This document shows, piece after piece, positions 13,487 to 25,838 of a DNA stretch of 64,000 bases. The notes under the pieces were generated by a model that saw nothing but the letters and a program-made list of their open reading frames with translations, searched no databases and was not told the DNA's origin. Source of the stretch: Lobosporangium transversale (lineage: Eukaryota); contig NW_019029021.1 of assembly GCF_002105155.1 (NCBI RefSeq), positions 186,001-250,000 of the forward strand, written 5' to 3'. Every line of letters starts with the position of its first letter. Position 1 is the stretch's first letter. Made by a program: the position numbers and the translations under genes.

Positions 13487-15022
13487 TTAATATTGGTTAG
13501 TGGATATGTTATGCTTTTTCAGCAAAGTAGCTACACTGCTCTCGTTCAGATCACCAAGCACGCATTCAAGGTTTGGCCAATTGTTCACCATCCATTCCGC
13601 ATCCTCAAGCTGTATTCTCTGGTGTTTATCCCTTTCAAAACTCAGCGAACGTAGTCTCTTCAGATTGGCTAGTTCATCCAGACCTGATTTTAATCTCAAG
13701 TCTAGCGACCGCCTATATACACCCCTTGAGGCCCACTCTACTTCAAAATATGAGTTCCAATCTGCTAGATCAATATGTTCTAGCTGTGTCAACTTGCCAA
13801 GTCGTCTAAAGGCAATGCGTGTCTTTGTCATGCCTTCTTCAGTCTCTTGATCAACATCTACCTTAAGATCGATAGCCAGTTGAGTCAACCCAGTACAAAC
13901 CCATTCTGCTCCTTCGATAATCTCTGTCACCGTAATACTAACCCCAACCAGGCTTTTCAATCGCGGACAGTTTGATAGAATAGTCTGAGCAAAACCGGAG
14001 CGTCTATTCAACTTCAATGTCTCGACGGTCTCACAGAGCCTCCAGAGTCTAGTCTTTTGTACTAGTTGTCCACTATCCATCACCTCTTGCTTGTCAGCTA
14101 GCAATTCCTGTAAAGTGAGCTTATCAATTAGACCATAAGGGGCGCATAACCGTTTTAATTTAGTCATCCGCCTGAGAAGTGTTGCCATATCCTTGTCATA
14201 GATTAGCATATTGATAGATAGATCTGATAGATTACTCAGAGTCCAAGGACGCTGGTGATGTACTACCCTGTAGAATTTTGCTTGAGCAGCTGGGTCTCCC
14301 TCGGAGTAGTTGCAAATATTCAGTGAACACAATGCTGGACAATTCTTAACCAACATCCCGAGACAATACCAGCCAGTGGACGAGAATCGATTGTTGACTA
14401 TCGAGACATTATGAATACGCAACGTGTGTATATTTGGGAGAAGATATTCGCTGTCGCCACTACTCATGAAGTTAATAGGTGGCTGAAAGGCTGCATTATC
14501 CAATTCCAAGTGCCTAACTTTTTTGCAGACTTGAAGGAATAAGTCGGTTGCAACTTCGATATCTACGTGATAAACCTCCAAATGGTTGAGGTTGGTGCAT
14601 TCCAATAAAGCTTTCCACAGCTCTAGTGAAGCTTCTATTGCGGTCAAGTGAAAGCTAGTGATGATGGAGCTGCGAACCTTGATCTGGTTGACAAGGTGGA
14701 TCGGTTTAGGCCATTTACATCTCTTTCCATATGTAATGGACTTGAGGCCCTGTAACTGCCCATACATCTTTGGGAAGGAGGCTCTGAATGTGTAATCATT
14801 AAATATAATCTCTTTGATGTATCCCTTATGCTTATATATTGTTCTACCAGTAGGATTTCTGCTCGATGTGATAGTGATCTCTCTCCATACGAGGCCGATA
14901 AAAATCCTATGAAAATTCTTGGAGACGCGGATACAGCTTAGAAGATCGCTTCGGTCGAGCGACTCGCCAATGAGTAAGAGGATTTCCGGAATCTCCAAAG
15001 GATTTAACTTAAGACTGTCCAT
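13487..15022 (-). CDS. F-box / LRR (RNI-like) protein, copy A, intronless, 511 aa (an upstream in-frame ATG at 15055 gives 522 aa)
   Basis: N-terminal NPLEIPEILLLIGESLDRSDLLSCIRVSKNFHRIF...VW is F-box-like. It is followed by LxxLxL/I repeats (LNHLEV, VRHLEL, IHTLRI, LCSLNI, LSDLSI, CPRLKSL, WVCTGLTQL, LGKLTQLEHIDL, GLDELANLKRLRSL, WMVNNWPNL) typical of the expanded Mortierellaceae F-box/LRR family. Confidence 0.88.
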   Translation of the reverse strand: MDSLKLNPLEIPEILLLIGESLDRSDLLSCIRVSKNFHRIFIGLVWREITITSSRNPTGRTIYKHKGYIKEIIFNDYTFRASFPKMYGQLQGLKSITYGKRCKWPKPIHLVNQIKVRSSIITSFHLTAIEASLELWKALLECTNLNHLEVYHVDIEVATDLFLQVCKKVRHLELDNAAFQPPINFMSSGDSEYLLPNIHTLRIHNVSIVNNRFSSTGWYCLGMLVKNCPALCSLNICNYSEGDPAAQAKFYRVVHHQRPWTLSNLSDLSINMLIYDKDMATLLRRMTKLKRLCAPYGLIDKLTLQELLADKQEVMDSGQLVQKTRLWRLCETVETLKLNRRSGFAQTILSNCPRLKSLVGVSITVTEIIEGAEWVCTGLTQLAIDLKVDVDQETEEGMTKTRIAFRRLGKLTQLEHIDLADWNSYFEVEWASRGVYRRSLDLRLKSGLDELANLKRLRSLSFERDKHQRIQLEDAEWMVNNWPNLECVLGDLNESSVATLLKKHNISTNQY

Positions 15023-15159
15023 GTTGCTGTTGATGGAATGTGGGAATGGAGGCATGGAAGTGAAAAAAAAGGCGTGACTGGATTTTGCTTAGCACTGAGC
15101 AGTAGTAACTGTTAAACACCATTGTATGTGACACAAACTTTGAGCAGGATGCATTCTAT

Positions 15160-15738
15160 CAACTACCCATCTTTCGCATCATTGATGATTACAACAAATA
15201 TATGGGTGAGGTTAATATCGCAGACCAACTTCGTCAATACTACACTGCTCAGATGAGTGCAGAGTTGTACTTGGGTGCCGCTCTTCTTGTGGCTATTAGA
15301 CACAGGTATCGTCAATTCATACATAGTATAGCGTACCAATAACAAATCGACGAGGAAAGACGGACATCGTCGGTTTCGCTTGAATCTTGTAAACCAACAC
15401 CTATCACTCTCCAGCCCCAAGTTGTCATCAAGTAAAGGCACTCAAAAAGGGAATTTGAAGCTGAGGAATACCCTGAAATTACTATCAAGATATCAAAAAA
15501 GCAAATACATTACTAAAAACAACTCTACTCCAAATCCTCACCGACATCTATTGGGACTTCATTACCTAGTAAGAGCTGAAAGAAGCGAAGACAGGGGTAC
15601 TAAAGGCAGGATGACATGCGTCAACTGTAGGCTCAAGAGTCTAAATGAAGGCAAGGAAACTACTTCTCGGACAGAACGGAGCTTACGTTACATGCAAAGT
15701 CTTTCTTAGGACAGAATTGCTTTAAGGAGCATCATACC

Positions 15739-15740
<2 letters not shown>
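15160..15740 (+). mobile_element. Degenerate piggyBac transposase fragment (C-terminal DDE region and Cys-rich tail)
   Basis: Translates as LPIFRIIDDYNKYMGEVNIADQLRQYY, then after a frameshift TWVPLFLWLLDTGIVNSYIV*...HRRFRLNLVNQ...CVNCR...VTCKVFL...NCFKEHH. This matches the piggyBac DYNxxMGGVDxxDQxxxYY...LLDxxxVNSYI motif and C-terminal zinc finger, with frameshifts and a stop. Confidence 0.85.
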
Positions 15741-15771
<31 letters not shown>

Positions 15772-15784
15772 TTCAGGATATGGA

Positions 15785-16120
15785 TTCTTGGCATGAGAAT
15801 TCTGGCAGTGACACAATGCCAATAGTAGCATTCAAGGAACCATTGCGTGCTTTTTATTTCAACGCTACGAAAGAAATTGCTTAAGGAAAAGAAGTAATAG
15901 TAAGGAAAAGAAGAAAAAGGAATTGAGCGAAGGTGAGATTTGGTTTTCTCTTTAGCTATACCACATTCTGCATAGCGCAACTAGCAACCACAGAAATATA
16001 TTTTTTCACGCAATGGTTTGTAAATAGTATTGTAGCAACTTTAATCACCTTCACTAAGACCCTATCATGATCATTCTTAAGCGGATGGATGACACATGTC
16101 CAAGGATCCTTGTCCCCCGT
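15785..16120 (+). repeat. Diverged direct copy of the F-box gene 3' flank (13070-13450)
   Basis: tcttggcatgagaattctggcagtgacacaatgccaatagtagcattcaaggaaccattgcgt aligns with tctggcaagagaattctggcggtgagacaatggtgataggagcgttccaagaacaactgcgt. Similarity continues through agaagaaa..gga, ttggttttctctttagcta and aaggatccttgtc. Confidence 0.75.
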
Positions 16121-16747
16121 CCATTCTTTTTCTCGGACAACGAATATACTGTGTAACTTTAGGAACTCATATTTCGCATGGCACCCTGTAGCTCTTGAGT
16201 ACTGGCATAAACAGATTCTGTAGGTTGGCTAGTTGATCTTAGTCTCCAGTACGATGTCATTGTTATTTTTCTGGCTAGACAGTATTTACTTCATCTCGCT
16301 CTCTCTTTTTTTCTTTTCTTTTTTTCCTCTTCAGCTCTCACTGCTTGCACTTGCTGCAACAAAGGCAACAAGAGGGCGTCTTCGAGATGCTGTCCGAAAT
16401 GAACACTGACGTATTGATATCGATCGTGTTTTAGGGCCTGCTCGGACTGAGCGTAAGCGAAATCAGCATTGCCTTGACATCGAATCTGCTTTCAACGCAT
16501 CCTATGCTTGTCATGGTTATCTATGCCCCTCAGTCCTAGTGCAGAAGGCGTATTCCACTTCAACACAATAGAGGTGCCTTCGAGTGACTGCTTTCGTTTT
16601 AGAATCTATTTCCTCTAGCATTTTCAGCTCTTCAGCTTCTAGCCACTCCTTTTTTTTACACAGCATACTTCTCATAACTTCTTGTTGCAAGGCTTAAAAA
16701 AATAAAACGAACTTCTACGACCACTCACAATTGTTCACATTTCAGTC

Positions 16748-19471
16748 ATGGTTGAAAACTTGCTTCATGTTGTTGGTGCATGGGGTGTATTTGGCATCAT
16801 GGTCGCTGTAAGAGAAACAAAGCTGCCACCACTATAAAAGCAAAATAAAAAAAAACTTCTTTGTCGCAAGGCTTTAGATACCCCAGTGGGAGAAGACATG
16901 GTTGTGGAAGCCTTTAGTCTAATAATGACACATTATCCAATGTAATTCACCACCCCCAACGCCTTCTTTAGATTCTACTCGGTTTCTCCATATTTTTCAC
17001 AGTATACTATTCCAGCGCAAGAGACAGAGAGCCATTCGCTATGATCATCACCATCCTTGCTCTTACACTCTGTCTCTCAACTGTTACCCTCTTTCCAATT
17101 GACATCTTCTTGGTCTCGCGGACTTTGGACCCTGCAACAGGGCTTAGACGTCCCTGGGCTACGGACGAAGTTATAGCCAGCATGCAACTTGTCGTAAGCG
17201 TCGTCTACTATGGTAAAGACACAAACGTGCAGTTTTTTACTTAATCATGTCGCAACAAGTCGCCTTCATGCAGTGAGAATGGAATGGATAGACAGATCGG
17301 TTCTGCTCCTGCTCCTCGTGAAAGCGCAGTTGAATGTTTTGTAAATGAAACTCAGCTCTTTCAATGGTTTCTTTACTTTAAACATTGATAAACAATATTA
17401 ACAAAATACTTGCACTTGATTATCGTGCACCAATTTTTTTTTTTTTTTTTTTTTTTTTGTTCAACGACTTTATGCCAAAAATAATGATTATGATCGTGCG
17501 ACCTTGGAATAATTCTGATGGTCATGATGACGGCTTTGTATATACTTTCTTGGCGCGCTATAGTCGCATATGGCCTGATTGCAAGCTTCTGCTTTTTTTG
17601 GATCCCACTTGCATATTTCTACTTTGAGGAATTCGAAGAGGACCAAACAGTGCAGCGACGACTGATGGCCTCTCTCAAGTACACAGCCTTTTTTATCGTC
17701 ATTGCCTGTATTTTATTGGTGACAGGTCTATTCATCAAGCCCAATGATCATGATAACAGAGATCTTGAATGGCTTCGGAAAATACTAGCTGCTTTGGGTA
17801 AGCTGTTTATGGTTTGCATAATAGTTAGTGGAAAGATGCTCAACCTCATTCTCACGTCACTTCGTCATCTGAAATCACTCCAATGATAGCCCACATTACT
17901 AACCATCATCTCTTTTCTTTCTCTTTGTCGGCTGGGCTGCATTAGATGGACCTGGTGCGCTCGCGTTTGTCGCAGGAGTGTTGTCCATTATCGGGATGTT
18001 AGTTCTTGTCTTTTACACGGTATGCAATGCAGAACCATCATCCACTAGAGTGTTTCAAATCAGTCAATTCATAGCATCTTGGTCGCACAAATTAATTCAT
18101 TTCTTTTATACTCTAGGCACCAGGACTTTCCTTGCTACCTATGCATCTATTAGCTGGCTACCAATCCATCTCAGCAAAGGTCAATGAAACTAATGCAGAA
18201 TTAATTGCGAATAGAGAACGACTCAACGCCATCAGGAACCGTTATCCCCCTACAAGCAACTGTGAGATTTCAGAACGTGATCGTCTTGCGATCAATGAAC
18301 TTGAAAGAGAGGAGCTGATCCTGGAGAGCCGGTCGAGAATGGTGCAGAGGACTAGAGATAGTTGGGCAAACAAGTGTCATTGGATTGTCCGGCCATTTGA
18401 GATTGTATTGGGACTTGCAGCGACAACCCTTACTATACTGCTGATCACGTCTATCGCCATCACAACGCTTGATAACCTGAAAGAGGAGGGCTGCGGAGCT
18501 CCATGTGGATATATTCTGACACATCCAAACCTCCCTAATCCTCTCAACTTACTTTTCTTGGAACTGTCTCCAGTGAGTAACCGATAGACACTCAAGGTCG
18601 ATTACATATGTGTTACTCAGCTCAGCTCAACATATACTAACACTAACCTTTTATGCAACACTAGTTCTTTCCTGTTGACTACATCTTAATGTTAATGATC
18701 ATTCTCTACATGTTCTGGGCCACTACCAAGGGCATCATATCCATCGGTATTCGATTTCTATGGGTTAATTTGTACAAGTTCCGAAGAGCCGCAACACAGC
18801 CACAAGGCTTGTTAGCAGCCACCATGCTCCTGATGCTTAGTCTTACAGGAATGTACTATTCACTTACTATGACTGTTGCCCCTGATTACTCAATGTTTGG
18901 TAGTCAAAAATATGTAAGTCTATCGTAAAGTGTTTCAGAAATAGCGAAAGACATAGGCCAGATGAATCCTTGAAACTAACATTAGTCTTTGATATAGTGC
19001 AACCACACTATCACTAATTCAACTAGAGACTGCAGCGACTATCCTACATTGATCATTCCATGCCATATTGGTGCTCCTATTGAACTCTGCACTCCAACTG
19101 TCACTTCATCAATTGTTTTGAAGATTATTCTGGGAACACCAGGACTTGGCATTGCATTCTATTACACTCAATGGCTACTCTTACTCGTATTCGTAGGAGC
19201 TCTAGTATTTAATCTAGTACAAGGTTGCAGACATGGATTTGGAGTAGATCCTGCTCTGGAAGACGGGGAAGATATGGATGATATCGAATCTAGGGGCCTA
19301 TTGAGCGCCATTGGAGCAATGAATGCAGATGGAGGAAGGAGAAGAGCAGGACGACGAGGATTGTTAATCCCAGGAGAAGGCTATGGATCTATCCAAACGA
19401 CAAGACAGGGATCAGATCCTACTATCCCTACTTATCCATCTTCACCGGGAACTGCGACGAATATTCCTTAA
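16748..19471 (+). CDS. LMBR1-family membrane protein, LMBD1-like lysosomal cobalamin transporter (multi-exon)
   Basis: From ATG 16748 (MVENLLHVVGAWGVFGIMVA), exons give LFPIDIFLVS, FFWIPLAYFYFEE, SLKYT, FYTAPGLSLLPMHL, CGAPCGYIL..P.LPNPLN, VFPVDY, GIRFLWVNLYKFRRAATQPQGLL, APDYSMFGSQKY and CHIGAPIELCTPT, all characteristic of LMBRD1 homologues. Confidence 0.88.
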
Positions 19472-19637
19472 GAATGGCAATCGCTTGAATAACCTGGAAG
19501 CCCCAGCATGCACTTAAAAAATGGGCATTTTAACAACTTGACTTCAGACCTCTTTAATCCATGTTGCGGATAAACAGAAGTATTTTCATATATAGTGCTC
19601 CCATTCATTAGTGATAATAATAAAAAAATGTAAATAG

Positions 19638-21075
19638 TTATCTTTGCTTTGCATTCAGTAGTTTGCTCAAGATTCGATCCTCTAATTCTTGTAACCGGTG
19701 ATCAATTGTGGTCATAATTCGAGCCTCCATCTGAGCAAGGTCCGCCTTTGTTGCGTAGACAATTTGCTCTTTGGCGGTTTTGTTTGTAGCAGGCTCTGAT
19801 GGCATAGTATCTGAAGATGAGATATCATGAGCAGATATCGATAAAGGTTGAGAGGCCGGACCAGATGTTATTGCTGTGCTTGTCAAGTGTCCCTGGTTTT
19901 GGATAGTTGATGACAGTTGATGGTGCTCCATTACTCTCATTAAATCTTTAGCCCCTTGTGGTAAACTATCAATCTGCATCTGGCCCATCAAGGCTTTGAC
20001 TTTTTCAAGATCGATTCCGGAGGCGTTGTGGTCATTCCTTGATACTAAAGAAACTCTAGAGTTTTCTAGTAGGAAAGGAAGAGGAGGAAACACGTTTGAT
20101 ACTAATCCTGACGTTGCTGCCATTGTTGTTTCTGAAGAAGGTGTTGGTAAAGAATCTGCAGTTGATGCTGTTGAAGCCGCAACGGCTGATGATTCATCTT
20201 GTTGGAGTAGTTTTCCCTGAATCACCAGCCAATGCAAGTTAAGACTTGAACCTTGCGATTTGGGGACAAAAAACTGAAGAATGTAATATCTTTGAGTTGA
20301 CTGCTAGTATGTTCCCTAACGTTTTTTTCTTTTTCTTCTTTTTCTTTTCAGTCACCTTGAACAACAGATCACGACATTTTCGCGGGTAGTCTTCATTAAC
20401 TTTTATCCTGAATAACTGAGGCTTCATTCGATTATTAAAAGTTGAAGAAGCTAGGCTATCGGGGTTACCAGGTAATGGGTCTCCTCGGAAAGTACCCACA
20501 TAGTCTCCAGAAGAGTACAACTCCACCGTTCTAGCACTGGACAGAATTGTTATCGCACTGTATGTAAACGCTAAAGCGTGTCGTACGTTTTTTTGAAAAC
20601 GGTGTCTGAAGGCGATGGCTAGAGTCTTTGAGGGCTCGACAAACTTGCAGACAGACTCTTGAACACTCAAATGTTCTTCCACAATCTGATCGTGATCTTC
20701 AGAGCCAATTAGCGGCAAATCGGTCTCCTGAATAGAAGAGACTCTTAATAAGCGCTCTACAGGCGACAGCTGCCGTATTTCTTTGTCTTTGTCATTTTTT
20801 AAGTACATTGTCTGACTTATTGAGCTCCAGTCCAAGGACCCTGAATTTTGCAAGGCCCAATCCGGGCTCGGTTCATTTTCCTAAAAGGAGAAAGAGGATG
20901 AGCGATATTAATGCAATAAACACGATAAACGTTGCGCAACGTTCGATTGCCTAGATATGTATTCATTCAGTACACACATTGGACTGTATGAGCCTCTTAC
21001 CTCTGAAAAATGACACACATTTCGAATGCTTCCATCACCATTGTAGATTTGGTTGGCATAAAAGTGAAATGCCAT
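19638..21075 (-). CDS. PAAT / C10orf88-like protein (3 exons)
   Basis: Exon 1 from ATG 21075 (MAFHFYANQ...CHFSE|gtaag), then ORFs 20239-20853 and 19638-20237. ITILSSARTVELYSSGDYVGTFRG, IDLEKVKALM...LPQGAKDLMRVM and a C-terminal IDHRLQELEDRI coiled coil parallel the PAAT motifs as recalled (ILSSARNMEVY...YCGTSRG; IDLDKVQ...GAQQLM). Confidence 0.7.
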
Positions 21076-21752
21076 TCTTTTTCTCTTCTGTTTTTTTTTT
21101 TTTTCTTTTTTTTTCTTGATGGTACTGAAGTACTGAAGCATATTGAACGTGGAATGGAACTTGAAAGGGTATGGTTTTAGAAGCATTGGCATCCAAGCCA
21201 CCAAGATGAACAGAAACAGACAACAGTGCAGATTGGATTGGTTTCTTTTCACTCCCACGGTGCACTGTTTCACAAACTAATGTGCCGCCTCTACAGATAG
21301 CCGCTAAGGTGGAGACACATCAGTAAACCATGGGGCACTTAATCAAGAGATCGAAAGGGGAAGAATATAGACTGACAGGGCAAAGATGTTTGTAAGTGTA
21401 TATTGATGGTAAATCGAATAAACACTCCATGTATGAGCAGCTAATCTTATGAAGAGAGCAGACGGAAATCCTAAACCCCCCTGGCATTTGTATAAATGAG
21501 TAAATGAGTTCAGATCTGCTTATCAGTCTATAGGCTGGTAATGTAAAAATAGACTTCTGAATAGCATGGTTCCCAGCCTATTCCTGTTCCTGTTTCTCTT
21601 ATCCTTGCTCTTTATTCATCCATCCTTGTCTCTCTCATCCACCATCCTCTTCTCATCTCCTGATTGGTCTGTGTTGTGTGTTGTCCTTTTCTACTCTCAA
21701 TAAGACCACTTCTCCCTACTCTTACTTATCAACTATAGCCATCCTTTTAAGA

Positions 21753-24269
21753 ATGGTCACTGCTACTGCTGCCACAAGTGTGCCACCCCTTTGCCAGCCT
21801 CACTTGTACCAACCAGCAAAACCAAAGGATCAATCTGCATCAGCTGCATCAGCTGCAGCAACACCTGTCCACAGAAACCAAGCTCATCAAGCTTCACAAA
21901 TGCAACATCAGCAGCAACAACAACAGATCTCTACCGCTGATGTTCTTTTCGAGACCCCAGGTCAACAAAATAATGACAGTATACCATTCTTCAATGATCA
22001 TAGTATCAGTAATGGGACTAGTATAGAGAATCCATTGATGGTGCATGTCCAGCAGCTTCCAACGCCAAGGACCTCCTTCTCTTCTGGCGGTGCTTCCCCA
22101 CCAGAGAACCTTTCGCCTAGCTCTCATCCTAACGTATACCACACTCTGCAGCAAACGCAGCAATCTCGCCTCACACCAACCTCTTTGGCCTCTACTGCTT
22201 CTTCACCTTTTTCAAGTCCTGTACCCACATTACCGAGCACAATTGCTTCAACTCCTGTCTACGATGACAGCCATATCAATGGCTTGAGCCTTTCAGGCAA
22301 TACACCAATATCCTCTTTACCAAAGTCGCCATTGTCGACTAGCCATTTGTATCAACCACAGTCTTATCCAGCTTTGCGTTCGACCTCGCCTGCCTTGAGC
22401 TCAACACTGGGTCCCTCCTTGCATGATCCCTCGACGTCTAGCAGCATCACACATGGCCTCAATGCCTCTTATCCTACTGGATCAAACATCTATCACATGG
22501 GGGGTACCTCCAATACGCTTGGTAGTCGTCCACCAAATCAAACACAATATCTTAACGATCAGCACCAATTCCGGATGCAGCAACAGGAGCAGCTTTACCT
22601 GGATGACGAAAAAGAGCAACTAAAGAAGAATACTCGATCTGCGCTCAATGGTGTAGCAACGTTTTTACCTCCAGCGTTGAATCAAGGTCTCAGCAAGGTG
22701 GTCTATTCTGCTCAGGAAGCCATTTCATCAACCAACAGTAAGCTGTCCTTGCCTTCAAGTCGCTCTTCCATAAATGGTTCGTCATCATCGACCGCAACAG
22801 GATTGAGTATGAATGCTAGCTCAGTTCGAGGCGTTTTGCTCAGACTTTACAGAAGCAGCAAATTGCCTTTGCTTTGCCTATTATGGTATCTGTCCTCGGC
22901 AGTGACCAACAATATTGGCAAGCAGATCATGAACCAATTCAGATACCCCGTTACCCTTACATTTGTACAGTTTGTGTTTGTGTCACTGTTCTGCTTTATC
23001 CTTGGATCTGTGTTCAAGATGACAACGATCCGTAAGCCCACGATGGGCATTTTGCAAATGACCGCACCTTTAGTTGGATTTCAGGTTGTGGGACATATGT
23101 TCTCCAGTGTGGCCATTAGCCGAGTCCCACTGAGCTTTGTGCACACAATTAAGGTGAGCAAAGCAACAACAACAACAACAACAAAAAAAAAATACACCCC
23201 TTGTGCATTATCAAGAATAATTATCAAGGGGTGCCTGATAATGATGAAATGAAGACGCAACATTGCATGGTTCGCAGGCTTGAGCAAGGGGGTTTGGACT
23301 AGAAAAGGCTATCGCTTCCATCGGCAGCAATCAAACCATAATCGGGGACTGTCCATTATGGGTTGAATGCATGACCCTCCTTTATTATTTTTTTTATTCC
23401 TCAATAATTACACAATCCACTGACAAAAAAAAAAATTGTCTTTTACAATGATTTAGGCGCTTTCACCATTATTCACGGTTATATTCTACCGTGTTATTCT
23501 TGGAACGACCTATAATAGAGATGTTTATATCTCACTTATTCCATTGACTGCAGGAGTAATGCTCGCTTGTCGTCTTTCACTGGAGTTTAACAATCTCGTT
23601 GGTTTGGTGTGTGCTCTTGCATCTACACTCGTTTTTGTGACACAGAACGTGTTTACGAAAAAGATCTTATTCAGCAATAAGGCGAAACAAGAGAAGCTTG
23701 GAGGACTTGGAAACAAGGAGGTTACCAAAGAGGATGATCCTGTGGAGGACATTGGAACGAACGCTCAGAAGCTCGATAAGATCAACATTCTATTCTACTC
23801 ATCCACCATGGCAGCCATTTGTATGATCCCTATATGGCTCTATGCCGAAGGCGTGGGACTTTTGTTCCCAGAGGAGACTGGTGTTAATCATGCTGTATAC
23901 TCATCTAACTTTTGGGGTATTGCCTGGTTGTTGTTCCTGAACGGTACCTCACACTTTTTCCAAAACATCTTTGCATTCTCGGTCCTGGCCATAACCTCGC
24001 CCGTGACATATTCGATTGCATCATTGGTCAAACGTATTGTGGTGATTGTGGCAAGTATCATCTATTTCCATCAAACACTTGGGGCGACGCAATGGACGGG
24101 AGTGTGTCTAACATTCTGGGGTCTGTGGCTATACAATTCGGCCAAAAATTCAGCCAAAGTCCGTCCTGTAGGAGGTATTCTGGCCAGTGCCAACGTTGGT
24201 CGGGGAGGCAGCCGTAGCTTTGGACGAGGTCTGCTGGATACTGACAGGAAAGCAGGCTTTTTGGCTTGA
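21753..24269 (+). CDS. Triose-phosphate transporter family (SLC35E1/Sly41-like) with long S/P/Q-rich N-terminus (2 exons)
   Basis: CLLWYLSSAVTNNIGKQI..FRYPVTLTFVQF, FQVVGHMFSSVAISRVPLSFVHTIK | ALSPLFTV, QNVFTKKI, KLDKINILFYSS, NGTSHFFQNIFAF..SPVTYSIASLVKRIVVI. Intron ~23154-23456. Confidence 0.92.
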
Positions 24270-24625
24270 ACGTCGACAAGTTTAACAACAGTATTTAATA
24301 TTTAAGTAATGTTTTTAATATAATTTGCTTCATAAGCGCATTCATACCATTGGCATTATTATTATTATTATTATTATTATTTTTATTTTTATCTTGTCTC
24401 AGTAAAGCAAGTAGATTTTAAAAAATAAACCCCGGCATAGAACCTTTTTTTAATTGGCAGGAAAGAATAGAGCTCAGTTGGCCTCCAATGGGGTGTGTGC
24501 GATTGGATGTGGCCAGGGACAGAAAGGAGGGCAATGATTGGGCGGGAAGTGAAGGAAGAGGCAGTGAGGCACAGCAATTGGATAAAAGGGCGATAAAGTG
24601 AAATATATACATGTTAGGTATAAGA

Positions 24626-24775
24626 TAAATATATAGATAAATAGATAAATAAATAGATAAATAAATAGATAAATAAATAGATAAAATAACGGTTGACATG
24701 GCGATAAGGGTTGACATTGACATGGGGCTCTAAAGTGGAAAGAGAGAGAGAGAGAGAGGGAGAGAGGGAGAGAGA
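24626..24775. repeat. Simple repeats: (ATAAATAG)n-like and (AG)n
   Basis: atagataaatagataaataaatagataaataaatag at ~24630-24685 and an AG run at ~24740-24775. Confidence 0.85.
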
Positions 24776-25002
24776 AGATGGTCTCCATAATTCATCTAAA
24801 AATGTCGCAAAGGTAACATCAGACACACAGAATGTTGAGAAAGGACTGTGAGAAACTTTGTAAACATCACAGGGCTGTTGGTCAATTTCTTTAATCTTAT
24901 TTTGGAACCTTGATTTTTGATTTGCAGTCATCTCTCTTTTCTTTTGCTTTCCTTCTTCCTATTCTTCCACTTTCTTTTTCTTTTTCTTTTTCTCTTTCTT
25001 TT

Positions 25003-25042
25003 TCTTCTTCTTCTTCTTCTTTTTCTTCACCTTCTTCTTCTT

Positions 25043-25071
<29 letters not shown>
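25003..25071. repeat. (TTC)n microsatellite upstream of the M28 peptidase gene
   Basis: Directly visible tcttcttcttc runs. Confidence 0.9.
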
Positions 25072-25074
<3 letters not shown>

Positions 25075-25182
25075 CTTTTTTTTTTTTTTTTACGACTATC
25101 TCTACCTGCCTCTTTTATATATTTATATATATATACTATTGAGCCTGCCTTTCCCCATCAGCTGCAAGAAAAGAAAGATTGA

Positions 25183-25807
25183 ATGGCGGCATATCAAGCG
25201 CTGAAGCAGCGTCAGTTCAGGGTAGAACCTTCCGATCAAGATGACCATCATCAGCAGCATCATCTAAAATATGCTACTTCATCATTACCCATCAAGACTA
25301 GCAAATATGATCAATATGGAGCTCCACCGACGAAAATCCATTCGTCATTTTCATCCAACAGGATCATCTTCCGTGCCTGGGCTATCTTCCTGAGCTTTCT
25401 TGCTGCTATAGTCTTGATCATGTATCAGATTCATTACGCTCTTCCCACACCTGTTCATGAGTCCGTAAACCCGATAACGGGCCAAGTGCAGTTCTCAGAG
25501 ACCAATGTCCGGAAAGTAGTAAGACATCTTTCAGAAGACATTGGTTATCGTGTGGTCGGAACAGAACAAGAGTTGGACACAAAGAATTATTTGATCAAAG
25601 AGCTCTTGCAGTTGAAAGAGGACGCCCATATCGCAAATCTGAAAAGACAACAACAACCATTACAGCCAAAGGGAGTTGGTACGAATGGAGCATCTCAGGA
25701 CCTGGAGCAACCTTGGCCTAAATTTGATATGTGGGTCCAAGTCGGAGATGGTTCTCATCGGTTTGACTTTATGTCCAAAGGCAAGTTTCCTCCCTTTCTT
25801 TCATTAT

Positions 25808-25838
<31 letters not shown>

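Larger units (their letters stand above)
11789..15027. repeat. Segmental inverted duplication, copy A (partner 34916-38154)
   Basis: Every ORF in this interval has a reverse-complement twin with a constant coordinate sum of 49943 (13487+36456, 12516+37427, 12846+37097, 13253+36690), so there are no indels. Homology begins at tactattatc (11789) and ends 5 nt upstream of the shared ATG. Confidence 0.97.
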
